Under the pieces are notes generated by a model that did not search any database, had not been told where the DNA came from, and saw only the letters and a program-made list of their open reading frames with translations. Position numbers and translations under genes: made by a program. Positions 29,482 to 37,533 of a stretch of DNA of 64,000 nucleotides are shown here, in pieces (the first letter of the stretch is position 1; each line of letters begins with the position of its first letter). The stretch is from positions 23,751 to 87,750 of IMG/VR virus record IMGVR_UViG_3300032308_002578; one strand, given 5' to 3'. The DNA comes from a virus.

Positions 29482-32116
29482 GGGTCTGCCTATTTCTTTA
29501 GTCCGCCGACATAACCACATGGGTGCCCTGTCGGCTTTGGGGGTGGCGCCGGAAATTCCAGCATTTCCGGCTGTGGTCAGTTGTCCATTATGTCAGCAAA
29601 ATACGCTTCATCTATTCGACGATATCGTAACAGATGGTATTTGGCTGTACTGTAACTCCTGTCTCGCCCATGGAAATATCATAACGTTTGGAGCCCAGAT
29701 CTGGAATACAAGCCTCCCGGCCGTATTAACCCGGTTGACCGACCTTGGGTTTATAGCCCCGGGCGATGGCGATAAGTGCGCTGGCGAGTACGAGCGCGCC
29801 CACAGCAAGTTACAGGCCGCCAACGTTTTCTGGGACGCGGCTGCTTCTCAGGTCTGGAATCACGGTGACGACATCATTGCCGTCCGGCTCCGCGAAGTGG
29901 GCGTGCAGCACGAGATTGTCGCCTGTCAGGGGCTCGTCGGCGTAGCCCACACCGACCAGATTGCAGAACTGTATGCCGCTATGGGTCGGTCCAAACCGGC
30001 AGCGCTGCGCCCGCGGGCTCCCAGCATCGTGTTTCCGTACTACGACCTGCCCGGGCGATTTACAGGGTTTTTTCTGGTCCAGTACGACGAAGACTTTGCC
30101 GTGAAAACATCGTTCGTTTCACGGGAGTATAAAAAGCGCCGAGCGGACGCTGGTTACTGGCATCTTATTTCGGGATTATTGCCTGTGCCGCAATTATTGC
30201 GGAATAGAATGTTTATCGTTGACGACCCGTTTTGGGCACTTTCGGCCCAGTGTCGGCAACTAAAATACGGCCTGCCGTTCTTGCCGCTGGCCGCCAGTTA
30301 TAGCGGGCCGGAAGCCACCAGTTACGGCCAGAACTGGCAGTCCTTTTATCCGACCACCCGATTGTTTCAGGGCCGCGTCAGCACGCCTGAGCTTGTCAGC
30401 CAAGCCTGCACGGCCAAGGGCTACGTATGTATTGCCCCGTTGGACAAAAACGAGTACACGCAAAAAAAGCCTAAATACAATCTGGTCCGGCTGGCGGCGC
30501 TTCAGGCCGTCGCCGAGACGTGGCAGTCGAACCTCCTTAACACGCTTACCGCATCCAGCGAACTTACGGCGTTTGCGTTCGCTACCCGGCTCCGAATTTC
30601 GGTTGACCGCCTGCAGATGTTTTTCAACAAACACGCCGATAAGTTTTCGACCAGGTTTGCCGAAAAAGTGCTCGACACCGTGAAACTGGCACCGGCAGCA
30701 CCCACCAAGATCTTCCGGCGGTGGACGCTGATCGAGCGCGACAACAAATGGTGGACGCAAGTCGGCCAGCAAATCTGCAACGCGCGGCCCGTCATTACCA
30801 AGATTTTGCAAGACGATGATGGCGAAAAAATGTACGGCGGGCAGATCTACGTCGGCGAAGAGGTTTACGAATTTACCGACAGCGCCGAAAAGATTGAACG
30901 GATGGGGCTGCTCGCGTACGCGTTCGCGCACATGGCGCCGCTGGGCAAACTGATCACCTACGACCGGCACTGGAACCCCAAGAGCCATTTGCTGGCCATG
31001 CAGTTGCACCCACCAGCGCTCGAAGTCGTGTCGTCCAAGATCGGCTGGGACGAACAAACAAATACGTTTCGGCTTGGTGCGTACGGCATCACGAATAGTG
31101 GCGAAATCACCGAAACACCAACGTTGCCCAACAAGCGGTTAAAGACCAGTTTTCCGGAACCCGTGCTCGTGGCGCCGATCAGCATTCGGCAGTTTTTAAC
31201 GACTAGTCCGCAAAACGCGTTTGTCTGGAATGTGTTCTCGTCTGTCACTGCGGCATTAATTGCGCCCATTCTGCGCAAAGACCCGGAAGGCACGATCATT
31301 TGCGGCCCGGCGTTCAATACCGCGGCCAAGATCGGGGCTGCCTTGAACTGCGAGCACGTCCAGACATCGGCGCTACGCAAATACGACGCCGGCCGGTTTC
31401 TGGACGCCGCGACCCGGGAAAGATCATGGCCGGTCTTTGCCTCTAGCGCGTTTAACGACACCCTGTTCAATGCCGCCTTGAGCAAATGCCACAATCAGGC
31501 GGCCGTCGTACGCATGACCGAAGATGCTGCGGCGGTGGGTGTCGGCTACGGTTGGCAGAGCATTGTCGGTGTCGCGCCGCCGCCCGATACCGATTTCTCG
31601 GCGCTGCAGTATGTGCTGCCGGGTTATATTCAGCGGCTGCTCAAAATGCGGATGAGTTTCGCCGCGCAAAATAAACATTTAACGACAGGTGTGCTGCAGG
31701 ACATCCATAAATGGCTGCAGGAAACCTACGACGCCACGTTTCATTTACCCCAAGCCTTAAATCAGTTAACGACCCCCGCAGACGCGCACAAAGCCATTAT
31801 GCGGGAAATTAACAGAGCCGTTCAGGCCGATAAAATAGCGATTATTCCCAGACCACGCCGGCGCGATCAGGCCAGTAATTACGTACTGCGCCGCAAAGAC
31901 CACTGGTGGTTAAACCGCAGGGCTATCGACAACTATCTTGCCGCCTGTAAAAATATTCCACCGAACTGGCTGGCAATTATAGACTTAATGCTTGCTGCCG
32001 GTGTGTACGCCGGAGAGGAAACCATCCACAACCTGCCCGGCATACTCGTCGATACGCGGTGGTGCGATCAATTCTGGGAAGATTGCGATTTGTCATCTAG
32101 TCGTGAAATTGGGTGA
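29480..32116 (+). CDS. primase-like protein (Zn-binding domain, DnaG-like core, degenerate C-terminal domain)
   Basis: CPLC...CNSC zinc finger; SIVFPYYDLPGRFTGF resembles DnaG R..FPI.D..G.V.GF; SKIGW segment. Confidence 0.6.
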   Translation: MGLPISLVRRHNHMGALSALGVAPEIPAFPAVVSCPLCQQNTLHLFDDIVTDGIWLYCNSCLAHGNIITFGAQIWNTSLPAVLTRLTDLGFIAPGDGDKCAGEYERAHSKLQAANVFWDAAASQVWNHGDDIIAVRLREVGVQHEIVACQGLVGVAHTDQIAELYAAMGRSKPAALRPRAPSIVFPYYDLPGRFTGFFLVQYDEDFAVKTSFVSREYKKRRADAGYWHLISGLLPVPQLLRNRMFIVDDPFWALSAQCRQLKYGLPFLPLAASYSGPEATSYGQNWQSFYPTTRLFQGRVSTPELVSQACTAKGYVCIAPLDKNEYTQKKPKYNLVRLAALQAVAETWQSNLLNTLTASSELTAFAFATRLRISVDRLQMFFNKHADKFSTRFAEKVLDTVKLAPAAPTKIFRRWTLIERDNKWWTQVGQQICNARPVITKILQDDDGEKMYGGQIYVGEEVYEFTDSAEKIERMGLLAYAFAHMAPLGKLITYDRHWNPKSHLLAMQLHPPALEVVSSKIGWDEQTNTFRLGAYGITNSGEITETPTLPNKRLKTSFPEPVLVAPISIRQFLTTSPQNAFVWNVFSSVTAALIAPILRKDPEGTIICGPAFNTAAKIGAALNCEHVQTSALRKYDAGRFLDAATRERSWPVFASSAFNDTLFNAALSKCHNQAAVVRMTEDAAAVGVGYGWQSIVGVAPPPDTDFSALQYVLPGYIQRLLKMRMSFAAQNKHLTTGVLQDIHKWLQETYDATFHLPQALNQLTTPADAHKAIMREINRAVQADKIAIIPRPRRRDQASNYVLRRKDHWWLNRRAIDNYLAACKNIPPNWLAIIDLMLAAGVYAGEETIHNLPGILVDTRWCDQFWEDCDLSSSREIG

Positions 32117-32120
32117 ATAA

Positions 32121-32447
32121 ATGAAGCGTCGTCGAAACCGGTATAACTCAGACCGCCAGCCGTTCAATCAAAACGATGATCTCGACGACGATTTCATCGA
32201 AGAGGAATGGCAATTTGTCGACGACGAGGATGACGACGACGAGGACGACTTTGATTTCGACAGCGGCCATAAAACCGACTGGTACATCCCCGACGACAAC
32301 GACGAAGATGAAGACGACGAAGACTACGAGGACGAAGATTACGAAAACGAAGACGACGACGCTGACGACGCCGCGTTTAACTGGGACGATGACGACGATG
32401 AGGACGACGACCCAGCGTACGAGGACAATTTCAACATAGACGAATAG
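32121..32447 (+). CDS. extremely acidic small protein
   Basis: Asp/Glu runs over most of 108 aa after a basic N-terminus. Confidence 0.65.
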   Translation: MKRRRNRYNSDRQPFNQNDDLDDDFIEEEWQFVDDEDDDDEDDFDFDSGHKTDWYIPDDNDEDEDDEDYEDEDYENEDDDADDAAFNWDDDDDEDDDPAYEDNFNIDE

Positions 32448-32452
32448 GTGTC

Positions 32453-32932
32453 ATGCAAACATTTCTGCCGCTACCGAGATTTAAACATTCGGCGGCAGTT
32501 CTTGATAACAAACGACTCGGCAAACAACGGGTCGAATGCAAACAGATCTTGTTGTGTTTGGGTGTGCCAATTGGCGACCATACGCCAACGCCCGGCGGTT
32601 CGAAGTGGCGCAATCACCCAGCCGTGCGCATGTGGGCTGGCCATGAGATTGCCCTCGCGGCATACTCCATCGTGGTTTGCCGAGAATGGCGCCGGCGTGG
32701 CTTTCGCGACACGCTGCTCGCGCAGTTCATGGCCTGCTACGGCGTGCTGCGGCCGACAGTAACGCGCGTGGACTATCCGCCATGGTTTGGCGACTATGAC
32801 TTGCACGCCAGCCACCGCAGCAATTTGTTACGCAAGGACTATCGCTTTTATTCGCAGTTTGGATGGATGGAGCCCATCGACCTACCGTACATTTGGCCCG
32901 TGGAGAAAGAACATGCAGGCAGTGCTCATTGA
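32453..32932 (+). CDS. MSMEG_6728 family / pyrimidine-dimer DNA glycosylase-like protein
   Basis: MQTFLP...SA..LD.KRLGKQRVE..QIL...NHPAV.MW.G...HASHRSNLLRKD. Confidence 0.85.
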   Translation: MQTFLPLPRFKHSAAVLDNKRLGKQRVECKQILLCLGVPIGDHTPTPGGSKWRNHPAVRMWAGHEIALAAYSIVVCREWRRRGFRDTLLAQFMACYGVLRPTVTRVDYPPWFGDYDLHASHRSNLLRKDYRFYSQFGWMEPIDLPYIWPVEKEHAGSAH

Positions 32933-33260
32933 CCCGTACAAAGAAGAAGTCACAAACGTCGAGTACAACGGCGACTATAAGCAGATCTATGACCACATTA
33001 AGGCTGACTGTTTTACGCTGGTGCGGCTACACGACAACGACGACGTATTCGTGGACGATGAGGGTCTGCTCAAAGTCACCAAGGACACGAAATTTTTCAT
33101 GCTCAAGGACTACCCACAGCCGCTCGCGGGCTACGGGTTGATTCTCGGCAACGACGACGAGGGCGAATCGGTAGCCGTGCACCACACTGCCGAATTCTAC
33201 CGGCCCAAGGTACAATTCCTCGACGCGCAGATGGTGCGGGTGTTTGGTTACTTTAAGTAA
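32913..33260 (+). CDS. DUF3846-like protein
   Basis: AVLIDP...VFVDDEGLL...QPLAG.GLILG.DDEGE. Confidence 0.75.
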   Translation: MQAVLIDPYKEEVTNVEYNGDYKQIYDHIKADCFTLVRLHDNDDVFVDDEGLLKVTKDTKFFMLKDYPQPLAGYGLILGNDDEGESVAVHHTAEFYRPKVQFLDAQMVRVFGYFK

Positions 33261-33330
33261 TTGCTGATTTGTAATTTAGGTTGTAGTTACAACGTAAAAC
33301 CGCTAAACAGTTTAAATGGCCCGCAAAAAC

Positions 33331-33401
33331 GCCCCCATAGCATAATGATAATGCGGCTGATTTGTAATCAGCGGATGAAGGTTTGATTCCTTCTGGGGGC
33401 T
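33331..33401 (+). tRNA. tRNA-Thr(UGU)
   Basis: Cloverleaf: acceptor GCCCCCA/TGGGGGC, D stem GCAT/ATGC, anticodon arm GCTGA-TT TGT AA-TCAGC, T arm GAAGG-TTTGATT-CCTTC; no encoded CCA. Confidence 0.88.
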
Positions 33402-33441
33402 TTTAAACTGTTAAAATCATGGCACACACGGAGGTGTTGCC

Positions 33442-33885
33442 ATGAACGAGTTTACGATCAAGATCCGCGATATTAACAAGTTGAGCCTGATCGACGCGAC
33501 GGCTATCTACAGCCGGCTGTCGTGGCCTGACTCCGGTAGCACGAGTTCCATTCAGCGAGAATTGGAAAAACGCTACCTCACGCCAGAGCCCGGACCGCAC
33601 CCGGAGATGGCCATTGCGCTGATCTGGCACAACAGCCTGCTCGTCGCGTGGGTCGGGAGCCGGCTGTGGCCGGAACGATTCAAGGGCGAGACGATCATGG
33701 CCCAGACTATCGAGTGCTTCACAGATCCGGAACTGCGACAGCGGGGATATGCCGCGCTAGGCTTGCAAGCATTGCTTACGGCCGGATTTATTGATAGAGC
33801 TAAGCACGTCGCAGTCTACGCCAAGAACGTGGTCAAGATAGCCGAGCGCTGCGGCTGCAAAAGCGTGCTGCTGTGCGAGCCGTAA
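33442..33885 (+). CDS. GNAT-family N-acetyltransferase-like protein
   Basis: FTDPELRQRGYAALGL acetyl-CoA binding motif A; GGAGG RBS. Confidence 0.7.
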   Translation: MNEFTIKIRDINKLSLIDATAIYSRLSWPDSGSTSSIQRELEKRYLTPEPGPHPEMAIALIWHNSLLVAWVGSRLWPERFKGETIMAQTIECFTDPELRQRGYAALGLQALLTAGFIDRAKHVAVYAKNVVKIAERCGCKSVLLCEP

Positions 33886-33918
33886 ACAAACACACAGTTA
33901 ACTTACTGTATGCAGTTT

Positions 33919-33953
33919 AAACCCGTGGCATGATTGCCGCGGGTTTTTTATTT
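33919..33953 (+). terminator. Rho-independent terminator
   Basis: AAACCCGTGGCA-TGAT-TGCCGCGGGTTT followed by TTTATTT. Confidence 0.8.
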
Positions 33954-34009
33954 ACACAATTAGTTTGCGTATGTGAGTGTTTTTAACAATAACTAACAAA
34001 GGAAAAGAC

Positions 34010-34768
34010 ATGGCAACCATGCTCAAGGGTTCGAAGAAGACGCAAGCCAAGGCCAAGACGACAAAGACTGCCGCCAAAGAGCACCTCGGCCCCGATGACG
34101 ATAAGGGCGATTTGGCAATTGCTGATCGCGTGGGCGTGACGATCACAGCGCCCAACTTCAAGACCGTGGAGATCACAATCCGCGGCACGGCGCCGTACGT
34201 GCAGTTGGCGTTCGGCAAGAAGGCGCGCGAAATGATGCGCGAGAAGCAGGCTGCCGGCTCGACCGCCGCCAAGGGCAAGAAGCGCGAAGCCAAGGACTTC
34301 GATGCGAACTTCAAGGAAGCCCAGCACGTCTCAACCAAGGGCTGGTGTGGCATCCCAGCCAGCGCCCTTCGTAACGCGCTGGTTGACTCCTGCGTGGTCG
34401 TGGGCTATCACAAGACCAAGGCGAAGAAGGCTATTTTCGTCGAGGCCGACGGTTTCGACGCTGTCGAAGGCACGCCGCTCATCCGGTTGTACAATGACGG
34501 CAAGGGTAAGTTGGTAGACGCCAAGCCGAAGCACGTCGAGCACACCGTTCGCAACGCGACCGGCGTTGCCGATATCCGTGTTCGAGCGATGTTTGAGCAG
34601 TGGCAGGCCAAGGTCCGCGTGCGTTTTGATGCCGACATGTTCACGCCGGCCGACATTGCCAATCTCATGCTGCGCGCTGGTATGCAAGTCGGAATCGGCG
34701 AAGGCCGCGCAGATTCGCCCAATTCGTGCGGTATGGGCTGGGGTCATTTCGAGTGCGTGAAGGGTTAA
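34010..34768 (+). CDS. stand-alone RAMP/Cas7-like RNA-binding protein
   Basis: First strand VEITIRGTAPY; GIPASALRNAL (cf. RAMP IPGSSLKGA); C-terminal Gly-rich loop GIGEGR...GMGWGHF; AAGGA RBS. Confidence 0.75.
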   Translation: MATMLKGSKKTQAKAKTTKTAAKEHLGPDDDKGDLAIADRVGVTITAPNFKTVEITIRGTAPYVQLAFGKKAREMMREKQAAGSTAAKGKKREAKDFDANFKEAQHVSTKGWCGIPASALRNALVDSCVVVGYHKTKAKKAIFVEADGFDAVEGTPLIRLYNDGKGKLVDAKPKHVEHTVRNATGVADIRVRAMFEQWQAKVRVRFDADMFTPADIANLMLRAGMQVGIGEGRADSPNSCGMGWGHFECVKG

Positions 34769-34787
34769 TTTAACAAGGAGAAATGTT

Positions 34788-35267
34788 ATGGGGCGTAAAC
34801 GGCAAATGTCTTCCATCAAGGAAGAACTGACGCAGATTTTTCAAAAGCACAACGGCAATCTTCCGCCCGAAGCCGTTGTCGAATTTGCGCGCAATAAAAA
34901 CACCGCGTTGCACGCAGAGTTTGAGTGGGATGATACAGAAGCGGCGCATCAGTTTCGGCTAGTGCAGGCACGAAATATCATCCGACTGAACATAGACATC
35001 GTCGAAACGCCCAACGGCAATGTTCGCGTTCCCGTGTATGTGTCGCTTGTTTCAGACCGACGCAGCGGCCTCGGCTACCGGGCGCTCACAGACGTCATGA
35101 GCGACGCCGACATGCGTGCTCAGTTATTGCAACAGGCGATCGACGAGTTGCAGCGAGTTCGGCGCAAGTATGAATCGCTGCGCGAATTGGCGCCTGTGTT
35201 CTCGGCTTTAGATCGCGTCGCCCGCAACGCCAGCAGGCGGCCAACACGTCGCGCCGCTCGGGCTTAA
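34788..35267 (+). CDS. accessory protein between the RAMP gene and the repeat array
   Basis: AAGGAG RBS; L.PEAVVEFAR....LH.EFEWDD.EAA..FRL.QAR.II pattern, common among phage hypothetical proteins. Confidence 0.8.
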   Translation: MGRKRQMSSIKEELTQIFQKHNGNLPPEAVVEFARNKNTALHAEFEWDDTEAAHQFRLVQARNIIRLNIDIVETPNGNVRVPVYVSLVSDRRSGLGYRALTDVMSDADMRAQLLQQAIDELQRVRRKYESLRELAPVFSALDRVARNASRRPTRRAARA

Positions 35268-35272
35268 ATATT

Positions 35273-35880
35273 TAGACACGGCAGGCTTGGCAGGGCAACG
35301 CTAGGCTCGGCTACGCACGGCGCGGATCGGCAGGCGTGGAATGACGCTGCTCGGTTCGGCATGCCTAGGCATGGGTCGTTTTGGCTTGGCAGGTATGGCA
35401 CGGCGAGGCGGGGCGACGAGCGGTGAGGTGTGGATAGCCAAGACTTGGTTCGGATCGGCAGGCTGGGTAAGGCACGGCGTGGACGCGCGAGCAGCGACAT
35501 GGCGAGGCAGGCAGAGCAAGGCACGGCATGCTTTGGTGAGGATCGGTGTCGCTTAGACATGGCAGGCACGGACAGGCAAGGCGCGCTTTGGTAGGGTTTG
35601 GCTCGGCAAGGCAGGCTAGGCACGGCTCGTCTCGACGCGGCCAGATAGGCTCGGCAGGCGAGGTATGGCAAGGCCGGGAGCGCCCCGGCCGGGATAGACA
35701 TGGCAGGAATGGCATGGCTGGGTTCGGCACGGCGCGGTACGGATGGGCTTTAGACATGGCAGGCGTGGACAGGCTAGGCGGGGAATGCCGGCGCGCGCAG
35801 ACGCATAGACACGGCAGGCAGGGTTAGGCAGGGCGAGGAGAGGCCGGGAGTGGCTCGGCAAATCACGGCAGGCTCGGAAT
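35273..35880 (+). repeat. non-coding 5-nt-period GGH-NN array, 11 segments delimited by GGCA|GG (candidate guide-RNA array)
   Basis: Phase-breaking GGCA at 35280, 35329, 35388, 35457, 35506, 35561, 35610, 35653, 35702, 35758, 35813, 35867; TAGACAYGGCAGG at 35273, 35554, 35695, 35751, 35806. Confidence 0.9.
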
Positions 35881-35890
35881 TACATAAATT

Positions 35891-35929
35891 AAACAGGGGG
35901 CGGTTATTAACGTAGCCGCCCCCTGTTTT
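35891..35929 (+). terminator. Rho-independent terminator closing the RAMP-array cassette
   Basis: AAACAGGGGGCGGTTA-loop-TAGCCGCCCCCTGTTTT. Confidence 0.85.
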
Positions 35930-35940
35930 ACAATCACAGT

Positions 35941-36186
35941 ATGAAAAGATACCACGCTGAAAAGCACATCATCGACAGTCGCGTAAAAAAGTATAAGCAG
36001 ATCGCAGGCTGGCTTGACCCGGCGGATACGCGGTTCCTGCCCGATGCGGGCCGTTTCCGCAAATCTATCCGCTGCTCAGGCTGCGGCCGGGCGCGGTGCC
36101 AATTGTGCCACCCGGAGAAGTTTCCGCGGCGTATTCCAACAATTAAAGAACAACAGGCGCAGTATGACTGGCGCGATTACGAATAA
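35941..36186 (+). CDS. small putative Zn-binding protein
   Basis: CSGCGRARCQLCHPEK. Confidence 0.65.
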   Translation: MKRYHAEKHIIDSRVKKYKQIAGWLDPADTRFLPDAGRFRKSIRCSGCGRARCQLCHPEKFPRRIPTIKEQQAQYDWRDYE

Positions 36187-36224
36187 ACCAGTCACGTTTT
36201 AACAACTAACTTTTTGGAGAATTC

Positions 36225-36536
36225 ATGCCTAACTTCGTAAACAACATCGTCCAAGCCTCGGGCCGGCTCGCCGATGCCGTAATGTCTGAGATGGCGTACG
36301 AGGACAACCGGCACAACGTCAAGATGCAGGTGATCGAGCGACTTATGGCCGGCGAGAACAAGTTGACCGGCAAGCCCCATTCGTTCAGTTCGGCCGAGAC
36401 CGCGGCGGCCTCTGACCCGGCCTACACCGATTATCTTGAGCAGTTGCGCAACGCCACCCGCGAGCGTATTCTCGCCAAGGGCGTCTATGACGCAGCCGTG
36501 GCTGCCGCCCGGCTGCAGGAGGTGGTCAGTGACTGA
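36225..36536 (+). CDS. hypothetical protein
   Basis: GGAG RBS; 103 aa. Confidence 0.75.
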   Translation: MPNFVNNIVQASGRLADAVMSEMAYEDNRHNVKMQVIERLMAGENKLTGKPHSFSSAETAAASDPAYTDYLEQLRNATRERILAKGVYDAAVAAARLQEVVSD

Positions 36537-37005
36537 CGAACCGGAGTTTGACGGCCGTATCGCTGCCACGCTTGAAATGCTGCGTGATGAGGCGATTTCA
36601 CTATTTGACCGTTTTGTTGCGCACCGTAGCGGCATGCCGCCGGCCGGCGCTGTAAACGCGACGCTAGAAGACAAACAGAAATTTCTTACGCTGGCCGAAA
36701 CTGAAAATATCGTTAAAGAACATGCTGTGATCACTGAAGACGCGTACGCCATCGGCGGTGACACGCCTGAAGAGGCTGCGCGGCAGATTCGAATCGTCAT
36801 GGCCGCGCTCATGCAACGCATTCTGTCTAACGTGCTGAATGCTGGTGCGGGACTTGAGTTGTTTGACGTTTCATTTGACGAGAAACGAAATGATTTTTGT
36901 TTTCAAGTCAGTGAAAAAGGGAAAAAGTTAAATGACCGTATCCAAAAGCAAATCGAAAACGGCGAAGAAGTCGATTACGATCTCGACGCGGATGAAGACA
37001 ATTAA
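36529..37005 (+). CDS. hypothetical protein
   Basis: GGAGG before the GTG at 36529. Confidence 0.65.
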   Translation: MTDEPEFDGRIAATLEMLRDEAISLFDRFVAHRSGMPPAGAVNATLEDKQKFLTLAETENIVKEHAVITEDAYAIGGDTPEEAARQIRIVMAALMQRILSNVLNAGAGLELFDVSFDEKRNDFCFQVSEKGKKLNDRIQKQIENGEEVDYDLDADEDN

Positions 37006-37309
37006 GTCTTATATTGCCGACTTCGAAAAATGCCGCACAAAGCATAAAAAGTACGGCGCCAGTGACACCGAGCCTGACACTGTATTTCAAATTCTTATTG
37101 ACCGCGCCAGCCGCGGTACGCAGCCAGAGGTTCCCCGCACACCCAGCGGCTGGGAACTGCTGCACGGTTCTGATCCCGGCTGCGGCAGAGCGGCAATGGC
37201 GCTACATCATGCGGCATGTAACGTTGTGGACGCGATTGAAGCCTGTCCTGTGCGGGAAATAAACGACCTGCGCGCTCTGGTGCGCGACTACTGCTGGAGG
37301 CTCGGATGA
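36992..37309 (+). CDS. hypothetical protein
   Basis: ATG at 36992; overlaps both neighbours. Confidence 0.6.
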   Translation: MKTIKSYIADFEKCRTKHKKYGASDTEPDTVFQILIDRASRGTQPEVPRTPSGWELLHGSDPGCGRAAMALHHAACNVVDAIEACPVREINDLRALVRDYCWRLG

Positions 37310-37533
37310 TGGCGTTTCATGGAAAAGCCGGTGACCGCGTGCAGATGGTTTTCATGCCTAACGACCCCGAGCCTATTCCGGTTGGCACGACCGGCACCGT
37401 CGTTGGCGTTAACGATATGCCGTGGGGCCAAGATCGCATGACGCAGGTCATGGTCAAATGGGATAACGGCCGCAACCTGTCGTGCATCTGCCCGCCAGAC
37501 CATCTGGAAATCATTCCAGCCACGGCTGATTAG
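37306..37533 (+). CDS. DUF4314-like protein
   Basis: GDRV....M..DP.PIPVGTTGTV..V.D......V.WDNGR.L. Confidence 0.8.
   Translation: MMAFHGKAGDRVQMVFMPNDPEPIPVGTTGTVVGVNDMPWGQDRMTQVMVKWDNGRNLSCICPPDHLEIIPATAD

Noticed and set aside
28583-29514. Plus-strand ORFs 28699-29514 and neighbours
   Set aside because: Antisense to the better-supported minus-strand gene 28309-29481
33331-33401. tRNA pseudogene call because of TTTGA instead of TTCGA
   Set aside because: The change is compensated in the D-loop and all stems pair
35264-35861. ORFs on both strands across the pentamer array
   Set aside because: Low-complexity R/G/A/P/C translations; a 5-nt period is at odds with codon structure; no RBS
35273-35880. 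Canonical CRISPR array
   Set aside because: No 23-47-bp identical repeats with unique spacers; the constant element is only GGCAGG/TAGACAYGGCAGG and the intervening sequence is itself periodic
35273-35880. Simple microsatellite, G-quadruplex tract or CsrB-like sponge as the sole explanation
   Set aside because: Variation is concentrated at two of five positions with regular phase resets; GGC outnumbers GGA; the array is directly linked to a RAMP-like gene. Not fully excluded as secondary properties
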